27,479 bases of DNA from Dehalococcoidia bacterium. GTDB lineage: Bacteria > Chloroflexota > Dehalococcoidia > Tepidiformales > Tepidiformaceae. The stretch is from assembly GCA_023228745.1 (NCBI GenBank), contig JALOAP010000001.1, positions 1 to 27,479 of the forward strand. Direction: 5' to 3'. Shown piece after piece: positions 7,578-16,272 of the stretch. Below the pieces are notes generated by a model. That model did not search any database and was not told the DNA's origin. It saw only the letters and a program-made list of their open reading frames with translations. Position 1 is the first letter of the stretch, and every line of letters starts with the position of its first letter. A program made the translations under genes and the position numbers.

Positions 7578-8888
7578 CTACGACTCGGCGAGCGTGAGCG
7601 AACTTCGCATGGCGGAGAAGCGCGCCAGCACCAGCGGCGCCTCGCAGGCAATGACCACGGCCACGCCCGCACCGCCAATCGCGGCGAGCGTCACGCGCGC
7701 CCCCGCGACCTCTGTCCCCACGCCCGTGAGCAGCAGCGGCAGCACCAGCAACGATTCGGTCAGCAGCTCGGCGCCGGCGAAGACGCGCGCCTGCTGACCC
7801 TGCGGCGCCGTGCCGGTGAGCGCCACGCGCGAGGCGACGACCGCGAGGCTGAGCGACAGCCCGAGCAGGAAGGCCGCGGGCAGCGCGACAATGTAGGTCG
7901 TGTTCATCGACGCTTCGAGTTCGACGATGGGCCGGACGCCGCTCAGTTCGATGACGGCACGCACGCCGTAGTCGAACACGGCGAAGGCGAAGAGCGCGAC
8001 GAGCATCCCGGCGAGCGAGCGCCGCATGAGCGCGGCGGCGCTGTGGGTGCTCATCTTCTTCAGCCCGGCCCCGAGCCCGAGGATGGCGCCCGCAGCACCG
8101 GGCACCACCAGGAAGGCGAGCCCTTCGCTGCCGATGCCGAGGTCGTGGCTCAGGTAGAACGGCAGGGCCACGATGACGCCGCGCGCGACGGCCGTCTTCA
8201 CGCCCAGCGTGGTGACCGCGATGCGCGCGTGCGGGTGGCGAAGGAAGAAGCGGCAGGTCGAGGCGAAGCAAAAGGGGTCGCGCCGCCCCACGCCGCCGAT
8301 CGCGCCGAGCCGCCGCGCCAGTTCGAACGAAAGCACGGTGACCACGAGCAGCGCGCCCGCCGTCACGATCATCATCAGTTCGGTGCCGCCCAGGAAGTAG
8401 AGGGCGGGGGCGAGCACCAGGACGCCCACACCCTGGCCGCCGTACTGCAGCGCGAGTACCAGTGAGTGCGCCCGGGAGACGGATTGCCGCTGGAGCACCG
8501 AGACGAGGGCCATCTCGGCGGGGGCGAACACCTGTGAGCCGACACCGAAGAGCAGCGCCACAAGCGCGGCCGTCGTGCCGTCTCGCAGGATCCCGATGCC
8601 CACGACAACGGGGAGCAGGCGCAGCACGGCCCCGAGCGCATAGCCGCGCGCGGGACCAATGCGGTCGGCGAGGGCGCCGCCAGCGAAGCCGAGCACCAGC
8701 CCGGGCGCCAGCGACGCAAGGAAGAGCCCGCTGATCCCGATGGCAGCGGAGGACTGCGTCCCGGCGGCGACGAAGAGCGCCGCGAGCAGGAGGTTCTGTG
8801 CCACCTGCGCGGTGAACTTCGATACGTAGTAGATCCCGGTGTTTACCCGGGTTTGTGTTTCCTCATCAACCACCACCGCCTCCTTCAC
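7578..8888 (-). CDS. MFS-type multi-pass membrane transporter
   Basis: About 11-12 hydrophobic segments, MFS motif-A-like GGALADRIGP and QQARVFA in the C-half. True start may be GTG at 8873, downstream of AAGGAGG. Confidence 0.8.
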   Translation of the reverse strand: MKEAVVVDEETQTRVNTGIYYVSKFTAQVAQNLLLAALFVAAGTQSSAAIGISGLFLASLAPGLVLGFAGGALADRIGPARGYALGAVLRLLPVVVGIGILRDGTTAALVALLFGVGSQVFAPAEMALVSVLQRQSVSRAHSLVLALQYGGQGVGVLVLAPALYFLGGTELMMIVTAGALLVVTVLSFELARRLGAIGGVGRRDPFCFASTCRFFLRHPHARIAVTTLGVKTAVARGVIVALPFYLSHDLGIGSEGLAFLVVPGAAGAILGLGAGLKKMSTHSAAALMRRSLAGMLVALFAFAVFDYGVRAVIELSGVRPIVELEASMNTTYIVALPAAFLLGLSLSLAVVASRVALTGTAPQGQQARVFAGAELLTESLLVLPLLLTGVGTEVAGARVTLAAIGGAGVAVVIACEAPLVLARFSAMRSSLTLAES

Positions 8889-9085
8889 CCTTAGTGACGG
8901 CGAGCCCGGCGCATCTCATGAGCCCCACCGCAGATATGTCACCAAACCGCCGCCCCCGGTGTTCCGGAATCAAACGTCATGTCCGCCCGCGCATTGCTCT
9001 GATCGCAGACTAGGGCCTGCTGTGTTTCGGTCTCGATAAGCGGAAAGCCCGGCTTTCCGAAAGCCGCATGGAGGGCATTCGGGCA

Positions 9086-10513
9086 TCATTCCGCACTCGC
9101 CGCGGCGGCGGGAACGGGCAGTGCGCCCCCGGCTGTTTCGCGGCGGAGTTCGCCGCGCGGCTTCGGTTCGAACACGCCACGCGAGTGGGGCTTGCCGGTG
9201 AGCCCGGGCGCCGTCTCGATGGCGATGACCAGGGCGAAGAACACCCAGAGGAAGGGGTCGTCCAGCAACCGTCCCTCTGACTGGCTGCTAAACAGGATCC
9301 CAAGCAGCGCGGCCCCCAGCCAGCCAACGAAGAGCCGGTTGTAGACCCGGCCGGTGGCGAAATAGGCGCGGACCATCGTTGCGCCAATGCGAAGGCTGAC
9401 GAAGAGGAGCGCTGCTGCTCCGACGATACCGAGTTCCGCCAGCACCGAGATCGCCGAGGTGTGCGACAGGGTGGTGCGAGCCCACCAGGGAAGGTAATCC
9501 AGGTAGCCCACGATCAGCGTCTCCTGGAAGTTGCCGGTGCCCCACCCGATGAGCGGGCTGTCCTTCCACATCTCCCAGCCCGCGCGGATGAGGAACTCGC
9601 GCTGGCCGATGAGGGACGCGCTGTTGGTCAACGACTTCACGCGTTCCGCGTCGGCCCCGCCCTGCATCAGCAGGAGCCCCACTCCCAGCACGAGTGCGCC
9701 CAGGGCGCCGAGCGTAAGCCTCGCCTTCGTGTAGCGCGCGATGGGTGCGGTCATCACCACGACGAAGCCCACGAGCAGCAGCATCACCCAGCCCGAGCGC
9801 GAGCCCGTCGCGAGGACGGCGATCGACCCCACGGCAAGCGTCGGCGCCGCGAGGTAGAGCGTCTGTCGTCGTGGCCCGGTCGCCAGCACCAGCCCGGCGG
9901 CGAGGCCGATGGCGATGACGAGGAAGCGCGCCAGCATGTTCGGGTCGGAGAAGGTTGCATTCGACCGGTAGACCCCGCCGGAGAAGAGCATGTCGCGCCA
10001 GGTGAACACGCCGAGGAGGCGCTGGCTCACGGCAAGTAGGGCAAGCAGGACTGCGGCCAGCAGGAAGGCCCCCGCGATGCGCTCCAGGTCGCGGCGGTCC
10101 TCGACGAGCGTAGGCGCGGCGAGCACGAAGCCGATGTAGAGCGGCAGGATGAGGACGCTGTTATCCGGCCGGAGCGGGTTATCGGACCAGCCGACCCCGG
10201 CGAAGAGCAGGAAGCAGAGCAGGCCGAGGGGCAGCAGCAGCGAGGAATTCGGGATGAGCCGCCAGGGCGTATGGCGCTCGCGGACGGCGACCACCACAAC
10301 CGTCGCAGCCATCGCCGCCTGCCCGGGGTTGAGCATCGAGCGCACGGCGCCGGCTGCCCCGGAAGAGCCAAGGCTATCCATGAGTTCGGTTTCGAGGAAT
10401 TCGAAGGGGAGGCCCAGGATGACGCACGGGATGAGCAGCTTCGGTTCCCGAAGGATGACGACAGCGCCCAGCAGCACGGCCTGCGCTGCGATAAGGAGGG
10501 CGATTTCCAGCAT
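9086..10513 (-). CDS. O-antigen ligase/Wzy polymerase-family membrane protein
   Basis: Multi-TM protein with ATFSDPNMLA, TGSRSGW, PLIGWGTGNF and SHTSAISVLAELGIVG motifs typical of the Wzy_C family. Confidence 0.85.
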   Translation of the reverse strand: MLEIALLIAAQAVLLGAVVILREPKLLIPCVILGLPFEFLETELMDSLGSSGAAGAVRSMLNPGQAAMAATVVVVAVRERHTPWRLIPNSSLLLPLGLLCFLLFAGVGWSDNPLRPDNSVLILPLYIGFVLAAPTLVEDRRDLERIAGAFLLAAVLLALLAVSQRLLGVFTWRDMLFSGGVYRSNATFSDPNMLARFLVIAIGLAAGLVLATGPRRQTLYLAAPTLAVGSIAVLATGSRSGWVMLLLVGFVVVMTAPIARYTKARLTLGALGALVLGVGLLLMQGGADAERVKSLTNSASLIGQREFLIRAGWEMWKDSPLIGWGTGNFQETLIVGYLDYLPWWARTTLSHTSAISVLAELGIVGAAALLFVSLRIGATMVRAYFATGRVYNRLFVGWLGAALLGILFSSQSEGRLLDDPFLWVFFALVIAIETAPGLTGKPHSRGVFEPKPRGELRRETAGGALPVPAAAASAE

Positions 10514-10583
10514 GCGGGAGGGTTAAGCCTCGTGAATCAGTTCACATTGACCGGTTTCCGGCCCATCCATACCATACGGCCCA

Positions 10584-11681
10584 ATGTCCCCGCGTACCAA
10601 CGGCTTCGAGCGAGACCTTAACCTCGTCCGGCGCCGGGCCTGGCTCTTCATCCCCTTCTTTGTCCTCGGCCTTCTTGCCGCATTCGCGGCGGGCACCGTC
10701 GCGGGTGATTCGACGGCGGTTGCGACCATGCAACTCGACACCATGGTCCACGACATGGTGCCCGGCGGCGACCGCGGCCTGCGCATTTTCGAAGCCCAGG
10801 CGATGACCACCGATGACCGCTTCAAGGCGGCTGTCCGCGAAGAGATCGGCGACCCGAACTTCGACATCGCGCGCTTCGTTGTGGTCCTGCGGCCCGTCTC
10901 CATCGCCGAGGGTGTTTCGCGCGGCACGCTGACGGTCTCCATCGCGGACAGCGATAAGGCCACCGCCGGCCGCTATCGCGATGCGTGGGTGTCCGTTTTC
11001 GAACACCACTACACGGCCCTCGACGGCCTCTTCCGCACGCGCTTCATCGAGAGCAAGCAGGACGTCGCCGACCTCGCCGAGCAGCGCTATACAGAAACGT
11101 TCGCAGCGATCCAGGGGCAGCACCCCGAGTTGCCGCTCGATGAACTGGTGCGGTCGCCCGACCAGCGCGGCTTCACGCTCGTCGAAGAGCTCAGCCGCCA
11201 GGAAGGGCAGCTCTTGCGGCAACTGGCCGAGGTCGAGGGCGCGCTCGCAAGCGGGAACGTAACGGGTGCCCTCGCGTCGGCGGTGCTTGGGACGCCCATC
11301 GCCGATGGCCAGGCACAGGCAGCGCTCGAAGGGCGCCGCGCGTCGCTCGAAGCCGCGATCGGCACCGTGCGCGAACAGCGCGCCGCCTACTCCGACGCGA
11401 GCCTCGACCCCGAGTTGCGGACCGCGATCGACGACCTGCGTTCGCTGGCGGACCTCCGGCTCGAAAGCGCGACGCGCCTGAACAACGCCCGCGTGGTCAT
11501 CACCTCCGCCCAGAGCGACGTCGAGACGACCTACACCTTTTCCGGCGGTGTCGCGGGTTCCATGGCCGGGCGGGTCGCGATTGTGGTCGCCATCACGGTT
11601 GTCTTCGGGGTCATCGCCATCTACGCGCTCGAATGGCTGTCGCAGGTGCGGACTGGCGTGGAAGAGCGCGAAACGGCCTGA
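10584..11681 (+). CDS. Membrane protein with polysaccharide co-polymerase (Wzz/PCP)-like topology
   Basis: N-terminal TM (LFIPFFVLGLLAAFAAG), long helical middle region, C-terminal TM (VAIVVAITVVFGVIAIYALEW); sits between wzy-like and GT genes. Confidence 0.55.
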   Translation: MSPRTNGFERDLNLVRRRAWLFIPFFVLGLLAAFAAGTVAGDSTAVATMQLDTMVHDMVPGGDRGLRIFEAQAMTTDDRFKAAVREEIGDPNFDIARFVVVLRPVSIAEGVSRGTLTVSIADSDKATAGRYRDAWVSVFEHHYTALDGLFRTRFIESKQDVADLAEQRYTETFAAIQGQHPELPLDELVRSPDQRGFTLVEELSRQEGQLLRQLAEVEGALASGNVTGALASAVLGTPIADGQAQAALEGRRASLEAAIGTVREQRAAYSDASLDPELRTAIDDLRSLADLRLESATRLNNARVVITSAQSDVETTYTFSGGVAGSMAGRVAIVVAITVVFGVIAIYALEWLSQVRTGVEERETA

Positions 11682-11695
11682 GCGAGCAGGGCGCC

Positions 11696-12676
11696 ATGCG
11701 CATCGCCGAGATCAACGATGTGGCCAACGTGGCTTCCGAGCTGGGCCGCGCGCTCGAAGCACGTGGCCACGATGTGACGCTGATCCAGCCGCGTGCCTTC
11801 GGGGCGAAGCTCCCATGGATGGTGAAGCCACTGGCGGCCCCCGCGCGCCTCGTCGACTGGGCGGGAATCATCCGTCACGTTCGCGCCGGCAACTTCGACG
11901 CCGTGCACATCCACTACGCGTCGACGGGCGTGCTGGGTGAACTTGGCCACTTCCCCTATGTGCTCCACTGCCACGGGACCGATGTACGCTCGATGACGCC
12001 GTTCACCCGCCCGCTTGTGACATGGGTGCTGCGGAACGCGGAGCACGTCTACTACGCCACGCCCGACATCCAGAAGAATGTCATCCCGTACCGGCCTGAC
12101 GCCGAATTCCTGCCGAATCCGATTGATGCCGAGATGTTCCGGCCGCTTACGCCGGCGCGCGACCAGCGCGATGTCTTCATCGCCTGTTGGCTGACCGGCA
12201 TCAAGGGTGCGCCGAATATCCTCGATGCCTGCCGGCGGCTGGCGGCCGAGCGCCCGGACATTCGCATCACCGGTATCGCCAGCGGCCCCTACGACGAGCG
12301 CTTCAGCGCACTCCCGAACGTGACGCTGCTGGCGCGGCAGCCGCGGGCGAAGTTGCCGGACATCATCGCCCGGCACGGCGTGGTCATCGGCCAGAGTCAC
12401 CTGGGTATCGCGGGGATGCTGGAGCTGGAGGCGATGGCCTGTGGCCGCCCTGTCGTCACCTCCTTCGCCTACAACGATGTCTACCCGGAGCCGAGCCCGA
12501 TGGTGCTCGCGGCTGACGGCGAGGAGATCGCCGCGGAGGTCATCCGCCTGGTGGACGACGCCGACGCCCGGCAGGCCATCGGCGACGCGAGCCGCGCCTG
12601 GGTGCAGCGCCACCACGACCCCCAGGTCGTCGCCACCCGCCTGGAGGCGACACTGCGCGAAGTCGCCGGCCGGTAG
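11696..12676 (+). CDS. GT-B glycosyltransferase (GT4-like)
   Basis: FDAVHIH, VLHCHGTD, FLPNPIDAEMF, IKG, ELEAMACGRPVV; start at ATG 11696 (MRIAEI), 14 nt after the upstream stop. Confidence 0.9.
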   Translation: MRIAEINDVANVASELGRALEARGHDVTLIQPRAFGAKLPWMVKPLAAPARLVDWAGIIRHVRAGNFDAVHIHYASTGVLGELGHFPYVLHCHGTDVRSMTPFTRPLVTWVLRNAEHVYYATPDIQKNVIPYRPDAEFLPNPIDAEMFRPLTPARDQRDVFIACWLTGIKGAPNILDACRRLAAERPDIRITGIASGPYDERFSALPNVTLLARQPRAKLPDIIARHGVVIGQSHLGIAGMLELEAMACGRPVVTSFAYNDVYPEPSPMVLAADGEEIAAEVIRLVDDADARQAIGDASRAWVQRHHDPQVVATRLEATLREVAGR

Positions 12677-12681
12677 GGAGA

Positions 12682-13044
12682 TCAGGCCGTGAGCTGTTCC
12701 AGCACGTGCCGCGCTGTCTGCCGGACTTCGACCCACTCCGGTGCGTTCTGCAACGCCTCGCGAGTCCAGAGGTCGTCCCGAGGCGGCATTGCACCGAGTT
12801 TGGCGTCGAGGGCACGGAGCGCGACCATCGCGCTCTCGCTTAACTTTCCCGATTCCAGCAGCGAATGCGACGCGCTGAAAGCATCGTCGAACTCCAGCGC
12901 GAGTTCGTCCGCGCATTCGGTGGTGTCGAGATCCTCAAGGTAGGCGAGTTGGGTGCCAGGCTCGGCTGCGAGGTGGGACACAGCAACGCGAAGCATCCCG
13001 AGGAGATTGTCCAGGGCAGCCTGATCGGTGAGTTGCACCATCAT
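12682..13044 (-). CDS. 120-aa acidic helical protein, putative immunity protein
   Basis: ATG overlaps the upstream stop (ATGA, 13044-13041); DELALEFDDAF and LWTREALQNAPEWVEVR; no signal peptide. Confidence 0.6.
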   Translation of the reverse strand: MMVQLTDQAALDNLLGMLRVAVSHLAAEPGTQLAYLEDLDTTECADELALEFDDAFSASHSLLESGKLSESAMVALRALDAKLGAMPPRDDLWTREALQNAPEWVEVRQTARHVLEQLTA

Positions 13045-13316
13045 CGGATCGTACCAGACTTGCCATCGCGTGGGCTGGATAGCCTCCAATACGGCCTCGC
13101 TCCGTGATGCCCACCGCCGGGGTGCCACCTGATGAGGCGCCCGGTTTCGCTTCCATCCGCCCGATACTCCCGCAGCACCCATCCCTGTCCCGCGCGGCTG
13201 CCTCGCCTCAGGCGTTCGACGCTCCACGCCGCCGGGTACCGAAGCTCGGATACCACTTCTTCCGGTGTCTTGCCTGCAAGCCAGTGAGGGTCATCGAACA
13301 GCTTTTCGATGTCCAC
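13041..13316 (-). CDS. 91-aa basic protein resembling a polymorphic-toxin C-terminal domain
   Basis: GTG at 13316, 1 nt after the purL TGA; GKTPEEV...GSRAGQGWVLREY...GRLIRWHPGGGHHGARPYWRLSS. Confidence 0.6.
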   Translation of the reverse strand: MDIEKLFDDPHWLAGKTPEEVVSELRYPAAWSVERLRRGSRAGQGWVLREYRADGSETGRLIRWHPGGGHHGARPYWRLSSPRDGKSGTIR

Positions 13317-13317
13317 C

Positions 13318-15543
13318 TCACGCCACGCCCGCCTCGTACGCTTCCTGCAGCGCGGCAACCGTCGTATCGATCGGGCCGAAGGCGAAACGGCCGCTATCGT
13401 TCGTGCGGCCGAGCCGCGTGACCGGCACCCCGATTTCCTGCGCGAGGTCCCGCAGCCGGGCGGTGCCACCAGCCTGGCGGAACTCGTCGCCGCGGACGCT
13501 GACCACGATTCGGCCCTGTGCCTCGCCGAAGAGTGCGGCGTCCAGCCGGCCCGTGACCTCCGTCTCCGCTTCGAAGCCACAATCGCCGAGAATCGCGGAT
13601 TCAGCGAGCGTCACCGCGAGCCCGCCGTCCGAGCAGTCGTGCGCCGAGAGCAGCAGGCCCTCGTCGTTCAGCCGCAGGACAAGCTGCTGCAGGCGGTGCT
13701 CCGCCTGCAGGTCGACCTCCGGCATACCAGCCACCTTGCCGTGCTCCGCCTCCAGGTATTCGCTCCCGGAAAGCGCGCTCGCGGGCTGTTCGACCGCTGC
13801 GCCAAGGAGCCATACGTCGCTATTCGCGCGCTGGAAGCCGGACTGGAGGTGCCGCGAAACGTCTTCGAGCAGCCCCAGCATGCCGATCACCGGGGTTGGG
13901 TAGATGGGCCGCTCGTCCGTCTCGTTGTAAAGGCTCACGTTGCCGCTGACGACCGGCGTGCTGAATACCGAGCACGCTTCGGAGATGCCGTGCACCGCCT
14001 GCGAAAGCTGCCAGTAGACGTCCGGCTTCTCCGGGTTGCCGAAGTTCAGACAGTCGGTGATGGCGACCGGCACGGCTCCTGTGCAGACGATGTTCCGGGC
14101 CGCCTCCGCGACGGCGATCGCAGAGCCGTTGTAGGGCGAGAGGTAGCAGAGACGGCCGTTGCAGTCGGTCGTGATGGCGATGCCCCGGTTCGTGCCATCG
14201 ATACGGATGACGGCCGCCCCGCCTCCGGGCGCGACGACAGTGTTGCCGCGCACCATGTGGTCGTACTGGCGGAAGATGGACCGCTTGCTCGTGATGTTCG
14301 GCCGCCGCAGGAGCCGCAAGAGCGCCCCCGTCGCCTCGCCCGGCGCGAGGTCGGGCAGGCTCGCGAGGTCGAACGCGTTCAGTTCGAGGATCTCGGCAGG
14401 AGGCACGCCTTCGCGGACGTAGTAGGGCGGTTCGGTCGCGATCTCCGTGGGCACGCGGGCGACTTCGACGCCGTCGTCGTGGATCACCACTTCGTTCCCG
14501 TCGGTGACCTGGCCGATCTCTTCGCAGTGAAGCTCCCAGCGGGAGAAAAGTGCCTTCACGTCGTCCAGGTGTTCGCGCTTCGCGATGACGAGCATGCGCT
14601 CCTGGCTCTCGCTGAGCATGATCTCGTACGGCGTCATTCCAGGTTCGCGGCGTGGTACCTTCGCGAGTTCGAGGAGCGCGCCCGAGTTGCCCCTGGCGCA
14701 GCACTCGACGACAGAACTCGTGAGCCCCGCGGCGCCCAGGTCCTGCAGCCCCACGATCCAGTCGCGATGCTCGGAGGCGAGTTCGTAGCAGGCCTCCATC
14801 AGGAGCTTTTCCAGGAACGGGTTTCCCACCTGCACCGCGGGACGCATCTCCTCGAAGCGCGCCTCGGGGTCGGTGCGGCTGGCGAGGCCGCTGGCGCCGT
14901 GGATGCCGTCGCGGCCGGTGTCGGCGCCCACGAGCAGCAGGGGGTTGCCCTTGCCGCGCGCGGCCGCTGAGAGCAGCTTCTTCGTCTCGGCAAGGCCGAC
15001 GCACATGGCGTTGACAAGCGGGTTGCCGGTGTAGGAATCGGCGAAGACCACTTCGCCGCCCACGTTTGGCACTCCCAGGCAGTTGCCATAAAACCCGATA
15101 CCCGCCACCGCGCCTTCGAGCAGCCAGCGGTTCTGTGGGTCATCGGGCGGGCCGAAGCGCAGCGAGTCGAGGACGGCGATGGGGTAGGCGCCCATCGCGA
15201 AAATGTCACGCACGATGCCGCCCACACCGGTCGCAGCACCCTGGAAGGGCTCGATCGCCGACGGGTGGTTGTGCGATTCCACTTTCATGACGACGCAGAG
15301 GCCGTCGCCGATGTCGATCGCGCCGGCATTTTCGGCGCCGGCCTCTGTCAGGACGCGGTCGCCGCCGGTGGGAAAGAGGCGCAGCAGCGGTTTGCTGTTC
15401 TTGTAGCCGCAGTGTTCGCTCCAAAGGGAGCCAAACATACCGAGCTCGACCTCGTTCGGCTCACGGCCGAGCTGCTGGACGAGCAGGTCGTACTCGTCGC
15501 GGCTGAGCGCGACTGCATCGAGGGCATCCTGGTCGACGGGCAT
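13318..15543 (-). CDS. purL: Phosphoribosylformylglycinamidine synthase subunit PurL (small form)
   Basis: WSEHCGYKNSK, KVESHNHPSAIEPFQGAATGVGG, QDLGAAG, MLSESQERM, NFGNPEK, VSGNVSLYNE, HDCSDGGL; 741 aa with no fused glutaminase domain. Confidence 0.98.
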   Translation of the reverse strand: MPVDQDALDAVALSRDEYDLLVQQLGREPNEVELGMFGSLWSEHCGYKNSKPLLRLFPTGGDRVLTEAGAENAGAIDIGDGLCVVMKVESHNHPSAIEPFQGAATGVGGIVRDIFAMGAYPIAVLDSLRFGPPDDPQNRWLLEGAVAGIGFYGNCLGVPNVGGEVVFADSYTGNPLVNAMCVGLAETKKLLSAAARGKGNPLLLVGADTGRDGIHGASGLASRTDPEARFEEMRPAVQVGNPFLEKLLMEACYELASEHRDWIVGLQDLGAAGLTSSVVECCARGNSGALLELAKVPRREPGMTPYEIMLSESQERMLVIAKREHLDDVKALFSRWELHCEEIGQVTDGNEVVIHDDGVEVARVPTEIATEPPYYVREGVPPAEILELNAFDLASLPDLAPGEATGALLRLLRRPNITSKRSIFRQYDHMVRGNTVVAPGGGAAVIRIDGTNRGIAITTDCNGRLCYLSPYNGSAIAVAEAARNIVCTGAVPVAITDCLNFGNPEKPDVYWQLSQAVHGISEACSVFSTPVVSGNVSLYNETDERPIYPTPVIGMLGLLEDVSRHLQSGFQRANSDVWLLGAAVEQPASALSGSEYLEAEHGKVAGMPEVDLQAEHRLQQLVLRLNDEGLLLSAHDCSDGGLAVTLAESAILGDCGFEAETEVTGRLDAALFGEAQGRIVVSVRGDEFRQAGGTARLRDLAQEIGVPVTRLGRTNDSGRFAFGPIDTTVAALQEAYEAGVA

Positions 15544-15590
15544 GCGGATAGCGTACTAGGGCAGGCTGCTTTGCGCCTCGCCCCGCCCAT

Positions 15591-15618
15591 GCCGCGGGCA
15601 TCCGTGCCAGCCCGCGGC
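15591..15618 (-). terminator. GC-rich hairpin downstream of ppa
   Basis: GCCGCGGGC (15591-15599) / GCCCGCGGC (15610-15618), perfect 9-bp stem. Confidence 0.4.
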
Positions 15619-15649
15619 GTCCGCCGGGTGCGGGAGCAGTCGAAGGCTC

Positions 15650-16195
15650 CTATTGGCGCAGTTCCGCCGGGAGGTTGGCGTAGTCCACGAGCGACTTTGC
15701 GATGACGGCGAGCGCACGCTGGCGGCCCTCGAACGGGTCGATCGCGACTTCCTTCTCTTCGAGCACCTTGTAGTCGAGGAAGAAGCGGGTGATCTCTCGC
15801 ATGATGTGCGGCGGTGCGTCGTTGAGCTCGTTGATATGGTTCCAGGCCGGGTCGTTGGCGTGGACCGCGAGGATCTTCTCGTCGTCCTTGCCCTGGTCCT
15901 TCATATGCATCACGCCGATCGGCCGGACGACGACGATTGTGAGCGGGTGGATGGGCTCCTGCCCGAGCACCAGCACGTCGAGTGGATCGCCATCATCGCA
16001 GAACGACCGGGGGATGAAGCCGTAGTTCGCCGGGTAGTGGACAGAGCTATAGAGGACGCGGTCGAGGATGAGCAGACCGCTCTTCTTCTCGAGCTCGTAC
16101 TTATTCTTGCTTCCGGCCGGGATTTCGATGACGACGGGAAGCGCTTCGTCGATGCGGGATGCATCGACCTCAATGTCGTGCCAGGGATGGGTCAT
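15650..16195 (-). CDS. ppa: Family I soluble inorganic pyrophosphatase
   Basis: IEIPAGSKNKYE, YPANYGFIP, DDGDPLDVLVL, DEKILAV, FFLDYKVLE. Confidence 0.96.
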   Translation of the reverse strand: MTHPWHDIEVDASRIDEALPVVIEIPAGSKNKYELEKKSGLLILDRVLYSSVHYPANYGFIPRSFCDDGDPLDVLVLGQEPIHPLTIVVVRPIGVMHMKDQGKDDEKILAVHANDPAWNHINELNDAPPHIMREITRFFLDYKVLEEKEVAIDPFEGRQRALAVIAKSLVDYANLPAELRQ

Positions 16196-16272
16196 GGTTC
16201 GAGGGTAGAGCGTTCCCGACTGTGGGCCAACGCATGGCTACCGGCTATGGAATCGGGGCCTACAATGGCCCT

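Noticed and set aside
13317-13580. N-terminal half of the 179-aa ORF 13041..13580
   Set aside because: It overlaps the purL 3' end in another frame and is low-complexity Arg/Ser-rich; the protein-like part begins at GTG 13316.
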